Shown: positions 37,338-51,052, counted from the first letter of the stretch. The stretch: 64,000 nt of DNA from Mobula hypostoma (GCF_963921235.1 NC_086097.1:184948001-185012000); one strand, 5' to 3'. Notes: generated by a model from the letters alone, not told the origin. Program-made: numbers and translations.

Positions 37338-38246
37338 TGGCCGGTAGTGCTGAGGAAACGGAGAGTCTGCAGAGAGACTTGGATAGGTTGGAAGAATGGG
37401 CAGAGAAGTGGCAAATGAAGTACAATGTTGGAAAGTGTATGGTTATGCACTTTGGCAGAAAAAATAAACGGGCAGACTATTATTTAAATGGGGAAAGAAT
37501 TCAAAGTTCTGAGATGCAACGAGACTTGGGAGTCCTCGTACAGGATACCCTTAAAGTTAACCTCCAGGTTGAGTCGGTAGTGAAGAAGGCGAATGCAATG
37601 TTGGCATTCATTTCTAGAGGAATAGAGTATAGGAGCAGGGATGTGATGTTGAGGCTCTATAAGGCGCTGGTGAGACCTCACTTGGAGTACTGTGGGCAGT
37701 TTTGGTCTCCTTATTTAAGAAAGGATGTGCTGACGTTGGAGAGGGTACAGAGAAGATTCACTAGAATGATTCCGGGAATGAGAGGGTTAACATATGAGGA
37801 ACGTTTGTCCGCTCTTGGACTGTATTCCTTGGAGTTTAGAAGAATGAGGGGAGACCTCATAGAAACATTTCGAATGTTAAAAGGCATGGACAGAGTGGAT
37901 GTGGCAAAGTTGTTTCCCATGATGGGGAAGTCTAGTACGAGAGGGCATGACTTCAGGATTGAAGGGCGCCCTTTCAGAACAGAAATGCGAAAAAATTTTT
38001 TTAGTCAGAGGGTGGTGAATCTATGGAATTTGTTGCCACGGGCAGCAGTGGAGGCCAAGTCATTGGGTGTCTTTAAGGCAGAGATTGATGGGTATCTGAG
38101 TAGCCAGGGCATCAAAGGTTATGGTGAGAAGGCGGGGCAGTGGGACTAAATAGGATAAAATGGATCAGCTCATGATAAAATGGTGGAGCAGACTCGATGG
38201 GCCGAATGGCCTACTTCTGCTCCTTTGGCTTATGGTCTTATGGTCT
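37338..38246 (+). mobile_element. Young 5'-truncated CR1 LINE inserted in Gypsy gag
   Basis: Open ORF2 C-terminus (LQRDLDRLEEW...), (ttatggtc)n tail and flanking AAGAG duplication (37333-37337 and 38247-38251). Confidence 0.95.
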
Positions 38247-39609
38247 AAGAGCATACAATTTGCTTAGAAGTGTGGCTTCTCCAACCAAACTAGCCGAAAT
38301 GAGCTTTGCTGATAATGTGAAAGTAATGCAAGATGAATTAGAACTGAAACCACTGTTGATTGCAGAATGCTTTAGGTTTTATAGGCTGAATCAATAGGGA
38401 TGGAGTCCATTTCAGCGTACGCGGCTGAATGAAAGAGATTGTCTGAAAATGATCAGTTTAGCTATGGGCTTAATGATACACTAAGAGATTATTTAGTTTG
38501 TGGAATCTTAGAAGAAAGCATTCAAAGTAGCTCCTAACCGAAGCACAACTCACATATAAAAGAGCAGTTGTATCAATGGAAACAGGAGATAGAGGTGCAA
38601 TTGAGCTGAAGTCAAGAATGAAAGTGATCGTGAACAAAATTGCAATGTCTAAACAGAGTCTGGCCTGGCCGAACAAATTGTGTTACCATTGTGGCAGCGG
38701 CTCACATATGCAAAGACCAATGCAGATTTAAAGGTGAAACTTGCAGAAAATGCAACAAAGTAGGACATGTACAAAAAGCATGTTGGGCTGACAAACATAA
38801 ATGAAGAGCACAGGGAACAGCAATTTAAGTTGCAGTTTCAAAAAGAGCACTAATCTGAATGCTGTTGATGAAAAATCTGTGAGTGATGAGAGAGGCACAG
38901 GACTAGGTAGCCTTAAGGTTTATAATGTGACAACTAAGAATAGACCAGCAATATAGCTTGCATCAGAAACAAACGGCAAATTAATTAAAATGGGTTTGAA
39001 TACTGGTTTGGCTGTTTAAATTAACCTCAAAATGAATTCAGCATTTCCAAGACAATGAACTGAAGCATGCAGCTATCCAACTAAGAAGTTTATTGGAGAA
39101 AAGATGACTCCTGTGGGAATGACATTTGTAGTACTGAAATACAACAAACAACAAGCCACATTGGTCTTGTATATGGTTAAAAACTAGGAGGGCCAGCATT
39201 GAGATGATAACACAGCCTGATTGGAGATCCATCCACCATTTGCATGTTACATGCCATGCAATAGTTAATTGAAATCAAATTAAGAAAGGTACTGGATGAT
39301 GCCATAGTAGTGTTTAAGGATGAAAAACTCAAACATACCCAAGGTAAAATGGTGCTAAATGAAAATGCAACTACACGTTTTCCAAAGTTTTTCTGGTGCC
39401 TTATACCATCTGTATTAAAGTAGCCAATGAGCTAGATTGCATGGAGACTGCGCGAGTTCTTTGCCAGGTTGAGTGGAGTCCATGGGCAACACCAGTGGTC
39501 CCAGTAGCCAAGAAGAATGTGTCTGTCAGGTGATATTAAGATCAACATCACCCCAGTACTGAATGCACCTATTGATCAATACCCTGCCCAGGATGTAGGA
39601 TGGATATAT

Positions 39610-39616
39610 ACACACA

Positions 39617-39665
<49 letters not shown>

Positions 39666-39688
39666 ACACACACACACACCCACACACC
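39610..39688. repeat. (CA)n microsatellite inside the Gypsy RT
   Basis: Interrupted CA run between YPAQDVGWIY and LSEGKHFSKLDLA. Confidence 0.97.
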
Positions 39689-40479
39689 TTTCTGAGGGGA
39701 AACACTTCAGCAAATTGGACTTAGCTGAACTCTACCTTGGAGATGGAAGAAGAATCCAATGTGTTTCTCACTATAAACACTCAAAGGGCTATATCACTAA
39801 AATAGGTTTATTTTTGGAGCAGCAGCTACACCTGCACTCTGGCAGAAAGTTATGGACCAGGTTCTGCAAGGATGCCCAGGCACTCGGTGTCACCTGGATG
39901 ACATCATTGTTATCATTGTTACCGGTCAGGGTGAAAAGGAACATCTCAAATCTCAAGACAGTTTTTAAAAAATTAGAAAATAATGAGCTCGGAGTATGCA
40001 TTCTTTACCCAAACATCTCTTGCTGTGTACATGGTATTGACACAAGGATTACACAGATGTGCTGAGAAAATTCAAGCAATGGTGAATGACCCAAGGGCAA
40101 AGGATATGTCACGGTTGTAGTCCTTTTTTGGATTTGTCAATTACTATAACAGGTCCCTGTCAAACCTGGCTCCACCACTTGAACACATGACTACAGATTA
40201 GAAAGAAGTGGCAATGGACAAAACAGTGTGAGGTAGCCTTCTAAAAGATAAAGGAAATGGTGATGTCAGCCACTATACTCACACATTATGATCTACTTCA
40301 TCCAGTAAAACTTGCCTGTGACACCTTGTCTTATGGTATAGGTGGAGGTTAAGAGTGAAGTGAACACCCCTTGGCCTTTGCATCATGTTCTTTTAAGGCC
40401 GCAGAGAAAAATTACACAGATTGACAGAGAGACCATGAGCTTGGTTTGGGGTATAAAACATTTCAACCATTACCTGTAT

Positions 40480-41296
40480 CAAAGGTTCAAAGGTCAAATT
40501 TAATGTTAGAGAAATGTATACAACATACATCCGGAAATGCTTTTTCTTTGCAAACATCCATGAAAACAGAGAAGTGCCCCAAAGAATGAATGACAGTTAA
40601 ATGTGGGACCCCAAAGTAACCCCCAGTCACCCCTCCTCCCACATGTAAGATGCAGCAAGCAACAATCCCCTCCCCCACAACAGCCAAAAAAAAAGGCACA
40701 TTGATACCATCACCGAGTCCAAGCGTGTGCTAAGCAATAGCAAAGACACAGACCAAAGTTAATCTACAGGTTTCGCATTTAATCTGACATTTGACAGACC
40801 ACAGGTTCTCTTTATCCCTGACAAGGAAGAGGGAGGTGTCCCCCATTTTTACAGCAAGCGGGAGACATAAACCAGCGGGTTGTTGTTACGATGTTAAAAG
40901 TCCGCTTTGTTGCTTTTTTTGAGCTCTGTGTCCAAAGGTCGCAAAGACCTCAGGTATTTGGGCCCACAGTGAAAGATTTTTCGGCCTCTCCAGCAACACA
41001 CGAGTCTCCTGCCATGACACTGACCCTCGATCCACTCGTCTCCAGAGTCCTGATGTCTTAGGCTTCGGAATACAATCGAGAATCACAGGCCAAACCCTTG
41101 GCATGTTGAATAACGGCCAGTCATGGAACCCCGAGAACAGGTCCCATTCCCGCAAAGAACCGGTCAGCGTGTAACTCCAGGTCAGGGTCTTCAAAAGCAC
41201 CCTGAAAGGGAAAAATAAAGATGTTAAAGGTTGAAGTAGAGCTGTTTCCAAAGATGCAGGCAAAGGAGCCACCATTAGGTGCCAATATCCCTCCTA
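40480..41296 (-). mobile_element. Non-autonomous retroelement (L2/Rex1-like tail) inserted in Gypsy RNase H
   Basis: Interrupts the NHYLY|GREFT codons with GTAT on both sides. Tail ...cattaaatttgacctttgaacctttg on the - strand. Confidence 0.6.
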
Positions 41297-42840
41297 GTAT
41301 GGGAGAGAGTTTACCCCATTACTAACCACCAACCACTAGTGACCATTTTTAATCCACAGAAGGATGTTACACAAATGCAGAGATGGGCTCCATTTCTTCC
41401 AGGGCACAACCACAAAATCAAATTCAAGAGGGAAAACTCATCATGGAAATGCTGATAAGTTGTTCTGTTTACCCCTGGAAGAGGAAATGTCTGAAAAACT
41501 TACAAAAGAGGCCACATCACTTGACATATTCTCCCTAATGCAAATCAAAAGTCTCCCTGGTACAGCAGGGATGATCCAAAGGGAAACCAGAAAAGACCCG
41601 AATCTGTCTCAGGGTCTACATGGCCACCCAAAATGGCTGAAAAGTGCAGTTGAAACTCCAGTGCCTGCAGGAACTTGCCCTTGATGGTGGTTGCATTATG
41701 TGGTGATTGAGAGTTGTTGTATCATTCAAGCTGAGAGCTGAAGTATTGGAGGAGCTACATGCTGGTCATCTAATTGTGTTGAAAATGAAAACGGTTCCAA
41801 GCTTTGTCTGGTGGCGTGGGATAGACCAGCAGATCAAGCAGCTTGCCATGCAGTCTTCGGGATGCCCACACACCCAGAAGGACCTCTTCATTCCTGAGAG
41901 TGACCTGCATTGCCCTGGCAGAAGATTCATGTGGATTTTGCCCAACCATTCATGGGCACAGATTTTTTTGGTAGTAGCAGATGCCACTACAAAGTGGCCA
42001 GACTGGTGTTCCAGAACACTTAGTCAGTGACAACAGAGCACAGTTTGTTGTGGAACAGTTTCAGTCATTCTTGAAAAATGAATGGAATAAGACGTACATT
42101 ACATCTGCTCATGCCTCTCAGCTACAAATGGCTTTGTGGAAAGGTTTACCCAGAGTCTAAAGAACACACTGCACTGATACTGAATCAGAAGCTTTGCAAT
42201 TACCTCCTTGCATACCACATTGCAGCACACTCTACAAACAGCACTCACCAGCTGTGCAGCTCCTGGGTCCTCCTTGCAGTCACACTTGGATCTCCTCAAA
42301 CCCAATCTCAGAAGGAATATGCAGGACAAAAAGCTGAGACAAACTGAGGGCTCCTCAAACAAGGAAGTTTGATGTTTCACTCCTGGACAAATAGTCCTGT
42401 GAGGGACTACGGAGGTGATCAAAAGTGGGTCCTTGGAAGGATTGAGAGTACTGGACCATTCTCCTACACAGTGGAGATTGTGTCTGTTGTCATCTGGAGA
42501 CAACACATTGATCAGTTAAGGAGTGCAGAGTCAATTGTTAGAGAAGAGAGGAGTCCAGAGCTGTCAGAGCCTCTTCCTGTAGTCCCAGAGTCAACACATG
42601 CTACTACCATGGAGAAGGCGCCAGAACCTGAGATTGTTTCATAGCCACAAGTCTCTCCTGCCAAGCAGAGTGATTTCCCCCTGTCAGGAAATGTGTTATC
42701 CCACAAGAATAAGAAATCCTCTACACTGATTACATTTCTAGGCCTGAGTGAGACAATTTAAAATATATGATAGATGACTAGAGAGCAATATGTTACATAT
42801 TTGAGTTGTATGCTATATTGAGTTAGAGTTTATAGCTAAG

Positions 42841-45631
42841 ATGAAGAGCCCAAAACTGTTCACTATAGTCAAGGTGAGGCCTCACCAGTGTCTTATAAAG
42901 CCTTGGCATCACATCTCTACTCTTGTATTCAAGACCTCTTGAAATGAATGCTAACATTGCATTTGCCTTCCTCACCACCAACTCAACCTGCAAGTAAACC
43001 TTTAGGGTCCCATGTCCCTTTGCATCTCAGATTTTTGGATTTTCTGCCCACTTAGAAAATAGTCTTCACATTTATTTCTGCTACTGAAATGCATGACCAT
43101 GCATTTTCCAATTGTACTTCATTTGCCACTTTATTGCCCATTCTGCTAATCTGTCTAAGTCCTCTGTAGCCTACCTGTTTCCTCAACATTACCTGCCCCT
43201 CCACCAATCTTTGTATCATCTTCAAACTTGGCAACAAAGCCATCTATTCCATCAATCAAATCACTGATATACAGCATAAAAAGAACTGGCCCCAACACCA
43301 ACCTAATGGAACACCACTAGCCACTGGCAGCCAACCAGACAAGGATCCTTTTATTCCCACTTGCTGCCTCTTACCAATCAGCCAATGCTCTAACCATGTT
43401 AGTATTTTCCTGTAATACCATAGGCATCTTAACTTGGTGAGCAGCCTCATGTATGGCACCTTGTCAAAGGCCTTCTGAAAGTCCAAATATACAACATCCA
43501 CTGCATCCTTTTCATCTATCCTACCTGTAATCTCTTCAAAGAATTTCAGCAGGTTTGTCAAGCAAGATTTTCCTCATGGAAACCTTTGCTGGCTTTATCC
43601 CATCTTATTCTGTGTCACCAGTATTCCATAACCTCATCCTTGACTCCCAACATCTTCCCAACCACTGAGGTCAAGCTAACTGGTCTATAACTTCTTTTCT
43701 GCTGCTGCCTTCCTCCTTTCTTAGAGTGTGGAGTGACATTTACAATTTTCAAGTCCTCTGGCATCATGCCAGAATCCAATGATTTTTGAAAGATCATTGC
43801 TAAAGCCTTCACAGTCTGTAACACTACCTCTTTCAGAACCCTAGGGTGCAGTTTGTCAGCTTGATATAATAGCTATCACTAAAGAGGTAGAGCTGAGCAA
43901 ACTTGTGGGCCTAAAGATAGACAAGTCCTCTGTCCTGATGAAATGCATCCCAGGGCATTGAAAGAAATAACAGAGGTTATAGTGGATGCTTTGGTGATAA
44001 TTTTCCAAAATTCTCTGGACTCAGGGCAGGTCCTAGTGGATAGGAAGAGGGGTACGCCACTGTAGAAAAAAGGATGTAGACAAAATGCAGGTGCCTATAG
44101 GCCAATTACTTTAACCTCTGTAGTTGGGAAAATGCTTGAAGCTATCATTAAAGAACTAGTGAGGCATCTGGAAAGGAATGTATTTACCATGCAGATGCAG
44201 CATGGATTCAGCAAAGGCAGGTCCTGTTTGACAAACTTGCTGGAGTTCTTTGAGGATATAACAAGCATGGAGGATAGAGGGGAACAGATGGACATTATTT
44301 ACTTAATTTCCAGAAGACATTCGGTAAGGTGCCACATAAAAGACTTGACCATAAGATAAGGATGCACAGAGTTGGGGATAATGTATTAGCATGGTAGAAG
44401 ATTGGTTAACCAATAGAAAGAGAGTTAGTTGTTTCTCTGGCTGGCAATCAGTGGTGAGCGGTGTGCCACAGGGGTTGGCACTAGGCCCACAACTGTTCAC
44501 GATATACGTTAACAATCTGGAAGAGGGAACTGAGTGTAGTGTATCTAAGTTTGTTGATGATACTAATTTGAGTGGAAAAGCAAATTATGTAGAAAATACG
44601 GAGAGACCAGAGAGATATAGGCTAAGTGAGTGGGCAAGGATCTGGCAGGTGGAGTACAATGTTGGTAAACGCAAGGTCATCCACTTTGAAAGGAAAACTG
44701 GAAGATCAGATTCAAAATGGTAAAAGATTGCATCATACTGCTGTGCAGAAGGACTTGGTATTGTACATGAATTGGAAAAGATTGGTTTGCAGGTGCTATC
44801 AAGAAGGCAAATGGAATGATGGCCATTGCAAGAGCGATTGAATTTAAGAGTAGGGAGGTTTTGCTGCAAACCTGTAGGGTACTGGTGAGGCCTTGGCTGG
44901 AGTACTGCATGCAGTTCTGGTCTCATCACTTGAGGAAGGATATACTGGCTTTGGAGGCAGTGTCGGGGAGTTCACCAGGTTGATTCTAGAGATGAGAGGG
45001 TTCGACTATGAGGAGAGATTCAATCACCTGTAACTATACTCACTGGAATTCAGAAGAATGAGGTGAGATCTTATAGAAACATATGCAAGTATGAAAGGGA
45101 TAGATAAGACAGAGGCAGGAAAGTTGTGTCCACTGGTTGGTGAGATTAGAACTAAGGGATATAACCTCAAGAGTCGGGGAAGTCAGTTTAGGATGGAGAT
45201 GAGGAGGAATGGCTTTTCCAAAGAGTGGTGAATCTGTGGAGTTCACCACAATGAAGCAGTGGAGACTACCTCAGTAAATATATTTATGACAAGGTTGAAT
45301 TGAGTTTTACATAGTAGGGGAATTAAGGGTTATGGGGAAAAGGCAGGTAGGTGGAGATGAGTCCATGGTCGGATCAGCCATGATCTTATTGAATGGCGGA
45401 GCAGGCTTGACAGGCCAGATGGCCTAGTCCTGCTCCTATTTCTTATGTTCTTATGTCCGGGTGACTTATGTACACTTAGGTCTTTCAGTTTTTTGAGCAC
45501 CTTCTCCCTTGTAATAGTAACTGCATTTACTTCTCTTCATTCACACGTTACAACATCTGGCACCCTGCTAGTGCTAGTGAAGACTGATGCAAAATATTCA
45601 TTTAGTTCATTTGCCATCTCCTTGTTCCCCG
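42841..45631 (-). mobile_element. Decayed CR1 LINE lacking its 3' end, split by a + strand CR1
   Basis: ORFs 43256-43561 and 43615-43824 (-). Sequence ctagggtgcagtt (~43850) resumes as gtccgggtgacttatg (45455). Confidence 0.88.
43858..45456 (+). mobile_element. Decayed 5'-truncated CR1 LINE nested in the - strand CR1
   Basis: ORFs 44132-44359 and 44391-44723 (QHGFSKGRSCLTNL; SGVPQG; KFVDD) and (ttcttatg)n tail. Confidence 0.92.
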
Positions 45632-46024
45632 TAAGCAGGGAAGAGTGTTAATATTTCAGTAATATAAGAGTAATATATTGGTGAACTTTTCATACCAACC
45701 CTAAACTCAGAAGAGTGACATGTGAGATATTACTGGTGCATATTTTTACGTGGCTTAACAGACTAGAGGTCAGTTTGATTTCCTTAGAAGTCAAGAATGA
45801 GAAGTCACAGTCTTGAAGTAAGGCATCAGCCATTCTGTGCAAAGGAGGAGTTTTGTTTTTCCTTTATTCCTTCTGAATATTTGGAGCTCCGACCAGGAGG
45901 GCTGTGAAGTCTCAGCTGTTGAGTTAAGAAAGCAATTATTTTGAAATCGGGAAATCAATGTGGCTGTGGGCTTCGTGTAGGAAAGCGGCACTGAGGTATA
46001 GAAAATGACAGCTTTTGGAAGAAG

Positions 46025-46200
46025 GATAGCACAGTGGCACTGCCAGTAACGCACAAACCTCCAGTGATCTGGTTTCGATTCTGATCTTCAGCACTGTCTG
46101 TGTCGAGTTGGCACATTTCCCCTGTATGCCCTAGATTCCCCTTGCATGCTGGTTTGTAGGCTAATTGGTTGCTATAAATGATCCCTGATGTGGTTGGTGG
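46025..46200 (+). mobile_element. Decayed tRNA-derived SINE
   Basis: ggtttcgattctgatcttcagcactgtctgtgtcgagttggcacatttcccc...ggctaattgg. Confidence 0.6.
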
Positions 46201-47746
46201 GAGGGGCATGTCTCTGGACTTGTATGAGAGCAGACAAGTAGGAAAGGTCTAATGGTCAGAATGGGTCAAAAAATCTCCTCTGTAGTAAGGATGATACAAG
46301 CCAGTCCCATAGAGCCACAAGGAAGCTTCTGTGTCTTATGCATTTCATCACATGCCCCAATATCTCCAAATAAATTCTGTTTGTAAATGCTTTTAGGAAG
46401 CACTTATGATATTTTGTCATATTTAATGTTGTTACTCCTAAAGCAGCATCAAACTTCATAGGGGTTGGTTACTTGGTAGATGGTAATGTTTTCTCTTATT
46501 TAATAGAGTATCTTTAACTGCTAGAATCCACAGATCTCTTTGAAACATCCTCCCAGTGATTTCTCAGCCTCCTACAAGCATTATCAATATACAGTATATG
46601 CATTACCTCGTGTTAGATATGTGTCATTTGGTGTCCAGAGACTGCCAATGTCCTATGATAAGGAATGTTCCACATTTAGTATTTGATCAGTTGCTGATTA
46701 AATAGTCTTGATGTATCTTGAAAGTTTTCATTATTATTGTTCTTTTATAGAGCATGCAAGGTAAATTTCTGACTACATAGTTGTCTTAGCATCAGGACCT
46801 CACAAACGAAGAATGAAATACTTATATTCATCCCTGTACATGAAGTATCATGAATTCAACTGACAAAAACAATAGAACATATAGAAATTGTGTGAATTAA
46901 TTTGTTAATCTATTTTCAATTATAAAACAACACATAACTATGAATGTATTATTGTAGGTATCAATGCAACAGTTGATTTGATTATTAGTTTGTAACCATG
47001 GATGAGTACTGAGAAAATAATACATTGAATTTCAAAGTATAAATTCTTTAATTCTTTCATTTTCCAGAAAAAAACTAACCTCTGTGATTTCTGCACTATT
47101 ACTTTAGTATTTTGTTTTTGAATTAGATACTGGAAAAGAAGTAATCATGCTTGTTTTAAGCATTTGCTAAAAAAAATCCCTATCTGCAAACTTAACAAAG
47201 AATTTAAGTCTTTGTTTTAAATTAGCTAGTACTTTGCCAAATAAACTGGAAACAGCAGTTGAAAGTAACTTAAGTTAAGTATTCAAAGGCAGTATTATTC
47301 TACACTGTTGATTTCAGGGTTGTGCTTTCTAAAACAGTTCCATATTTTAAAATATAAGCAGGGTTGATGCAGGAATTTGTTTATTAGTAGTCAAAGGGTT
47401 AAGCTGTAAAGGCAGTGAACTTGCTAGTGAATTCAACTCTTCGACATTTGCACTCAAAGGTCACCTCGGGCAGTATAGATGACATCAAGCCATGGAACTT
47501 ATTACAAGGGATACTTTTGTTCATGAATGTCTCTAGTAAAGAAGTGAAAATGTGAGTACAAAGGACACATGACTTCAATGTCTAGAATTACTTTTATGGC
47601 TATATTCAATGTATGTCATAAGGTCTTCATTCTGTCCTTTCATCCAAATAAATGTCACGAATAGAATGGAGAAATGTGCTTTGTTTAAGCCTGTGGTGGT
47701 GGTAGTGAAGATGTTATTTTCATGGTATTAAAAACTTATTTTACAG

Positions 47747-47836
47747 AATTCTACGTTGACAATTGAAGAGTTTCATTCCAAACTTCAAGAAGCTACGAAT
47801 TTTCCTCTCCGACCTTTTGTTATACCATTTTTAAAG
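47747..47836 (+). CDS. RUNX1T1: RUNX1T1 coding exon 4 (90 nt), TAFH/NHR1
   Basis: Acceptor ttacag| and donor |gtaatt. Encodes [30 protein letters not shown]. Too short for the ORF track; translated by hand. Confidence 0.98.
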
Positions 47837-49443
47837 GTAATTGTGGCATTTTTTTTTATATAACTGGTCCTAGAAACCATTGATATGGTTCTGTGCTGTA
47901 TTAAAGCCTGCAACTGCAAGAAATATACCCATATTTTATGATGTCATATCAGTTTAAAGCACATTTAATACAATGATTTAATTTTTAAAGTCTGAAGAAT
48001 GTTTTGATTGCAAAAATGAGAGCAATATTTAATAAAGTAACTGGAAGTAATCTTAAACACCAAGGATTCCAGGTGTTTGTAATTCATGTCAAAGTCAGTA
48101 TCCTAATTTCTGAAAAAAATGAAATGGCTTTCCTAGATCAAAATCATGTTTGATGCTGAGGCTTTAAAACTTATTTTGACATTTTCCTTTCCAAAGGATT
48201 GTAGGAAATAGGCCATACATCTTGTTTTGCATGTTTGCTGTGCCCCTATATTATATTGACAGGAACTGGATATAAACTGTCATAAAATGCCAAGGATCGA
48301 GCGGACAGACCTTCCGACCCTCCATCAGCAAATGTTGGTCAATCTGAACAGATTGATCACTGATATGTATTTTAAAACATGGACAGATTTTCAGTAATAG
48401 ATTAAAATGCTGAAGTAGTTTCAGGCTTGGCGCTCAGAAGCATGCTAAGGTGTAGGCATATTTTCTTAAGATACTTTTTTTTCCAAGAACTATCATGTAA
48501 AATTAAAATGTACCAATGGGGGTTTGGTTTTACTGCAATCATGCATTTCAAAATCTTTTTGAAAGCTTTGGGCTATTTTCTAAAAATATTTAATTTAATA
48601 AAAAGCACATAATGATTGCTTGCTTGTGGCCAAGCAGCTATAAGTGCTAAGTTTGAATTGCATCATGCAAATACCATTTCCTTTGTGAATATTACAATTT
48701 TTTTTACGGTGGAAACAGCTCCCCTCAGGGTCAGTTGGCGGTGAAAAAAGCCAAAAAAGCATACAAGGACACTTCCAGGATCTTCATTCTCTGCTCTGTG
48801 CCATATGGTTACAATATCATTTCATAGGGGAATGCTGGAATCAAAGATGCAACTTTTTTTCTAATTTTAGTGCCTTTCCTCAGAGGAGACATTAATGACA
48901 AAAACCATATGGTTGTGGGAACATGGACCTTAATAACTGCATTCAATCCCAGCTGTAACAATATGCATTAAAGTCTTGTTTTCATTAGGCTAATGTAAGC
49001 CACAGATTCTTGATTCTATTTCATGTTATGGAGAATCATTTACAGGAAAGATATTACACACTGTTGTAATTACTTTCTCTGGTGCTGGAATACTACCCTC
49101 CCCCACTATTTTGTTTTGTCACTTCCTTAGTTTGGTGAAGCGTTGGTATCAAAATTAACTCTTTTTGTACTGAACTTGAAATTTATAATTTAAAAAAATA
49201 CAAAAAAGAATTTTCTTCTCTAAACTTCAAATTTGCATGTGGCAAGGGTAGTGAACCTATGGAGTATGTGCCTAAGATGGCAGACACAGAAATTTTGTTG
49301 GCATCCAGCATGCAGGCACTCCCTTCAGTTCTTTAAACAGCATCCATAATAATAAGGTACAAATTGATTATCTTTATAACCAAATGAAACAGCAAATGAT
49401 TTATTTTACAACCTAAGAGCAGTGAGATGTTTTTACAGGAAAC

Positions 49444-51052
49444 ATTGTTCATTGCCTACAGCTCAGCATGCAACACAATCATACTCTCAATTCTAATGAA
49501 CAAGCTCCAAAATCTGGACTTCTGTACCTCCCTCTGCCACTGGATCCTTGACTTCCTCACAGGGAGACCACAGTCTGTGCGAATCAGAAATAACATCTCC
49601 ACTTCATTGATAATCAACACTTATTCACTTCAAGGATGTGTGGTTAGCCCACTGCTCTACTCTCTCTACACCCACTGTTATGCGGCTAGGCACTGCTCAA
49701 ATGACACAGCTGAATGAGTGAACAAGACCCTCCCTCTGTCTGTGGTTGGGGTTGGCCATGGATATTACATAACATACAAGCCAGTAGGCGAGGCAGGGCA
49801 GGGCAGTACAATTTGGAGAGCCAGCTGTTGCCCATGCAGCAGGCTCCGCCTCACTGCACAGCCGATGAATCCAAAGGAACGGAAGAGACGGATACAATTT
49901 GGCACCAGCAGCATTGCACGTGTTTCCAGTCAGCATTGGACTGCCTTAGGCAGTCCAGCTATGGATTTTTTCCCTTGGGGTTTACTCTTGAAACCTTCCC
50001 CATGAGTGGGTATAATCACAAGGCAGTGGGAGTTCAAGATCAAGTTTTCCTTCTAGATGAGCTGCCAACCACAGCTGATGAGCCCCATCTGCCTAAAGGA
50101 ACTGGTTTTAAGTGCTAGTAACCCCCAGCAACCCTTCTGCCAATAGAAACAGCTTAGTAGCTAAGCCATACCTGAAGGCCAGGAGCTGGACATGGTTGTC
50201 AGGGGCTATTTGAGATGCACGCCATTGGGAGCATTTAACGACAGAACGACCACTGGCAGAATTTCAGATGGGGAAGAGGTGACGTACAGGAGCAAGACAG
50301 ATCAGCTGGTTAAGTGGTGTTGCAGCAATAACTTGCACTCAATGCCGAGAAGAAAAAGGAATTGATTGTGAACTTCAAAAATGGGAATTCAAGGGAATAC
50401 ACACCTGTCCTCATTGAAGGATCAGAAGTGGAAAGGATGAGTATTTTCAAGCTCCTGGGTGTCAACGTCTCTAAGGATCTATCCTGGGTCCAGTTTATTG
50501 ATACAATTACAAGAAGGCATGACAGTGGTTATATTTCTTTAGGAGTTTGAGGAGAATTGTTATGTTACCAAAGACGCTCGCAAATTTCTACAGATGTACC
50601 TTGGAACGCATTCTAACTGGTTGTATCACCATCTGGTATGGAGGGGCCTCTGCACAGGATTGGAAAGTTGTAAACTCAGCCAGCTCTATTATGGACTGTA
50701 GCCTCCCCAGCGGCCAGGACACTTTCAAAAGGTGATGCCTCAAAAAGGTGCCATCCATCAATGAGGACCAACAACACCCAGGACACGCCCTTTTCTCATT
50801 GCTATCATCAAGGAGGAGGTACAGGAGCCAGAAGGCACACACTCACTGTTTCAGGAACAGCTGTCGTCATATTTGTGAATGGACAATGAATCCATTGACA
50901 CTACTTTGGCATTTTTACCCTCTCTTTCTGTACTACTTATTTAATTTTATTTATGTTTATATTTATAGTGATTATGTATTTTAGTGTACAGTTCCCATAA
51001 AATAACAAATTTCACAACATATGCCAGTGATATTAAATCTGATTCTGACTCT
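49444..51052 (+). mobile_element. Rex1/Babar (L2-related) LINE relic interrupted by an RTE-like fragment
   Basis: [13 protein letters not shown]...[18 protein letters not shown]...[48 protein letters not shown]; tail attaaatctgattctgactct. Confidence 0.88.
49705..50238 (-). mobile_element. RTE-like 5'-region fragment
   Basis: Interrupts the Rex1 RT around the expected ADD motif. Shares motifs with 19005-19435. Confidence 0.5.

Larger units (their letters stand above)
36732..45680 (+). mobile_element. Decayed Gypsy/Ty3 LTR retrotransposon with nested insertions
   Basis: 5' LTR ~36732-36977 ends in ACA, followed by PBS-like TGGTGAC (36979). gag MASYIGKIDAFD at 37188; two CCHC knuckles 38681-38783; protease-like NTGLAV ~39000; RT WATPVVPV, FSKLDLA, LDDII; RNase H LACD..YGIG ~40311; integrase ELHAGH, IHVDFA, SDN. 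PPT at 45637-45645 is followed by a truncated 3' LTR start. Domain order PR-RT-RH-IN is Gypsy-type. Confidence 0.92.

Noticed and set aside
39517..40065. His/Thr-rich 182-aa protein
   Set aside because: It is a frameshifted Gypsy RT relic plus a translated (CA)n repeat.
37188..42720. Domesticated gag or integrase gene
   Set aside because: Many stops and frameshifts, a damaged protease motif and multiple insertions indicate neutral decay.
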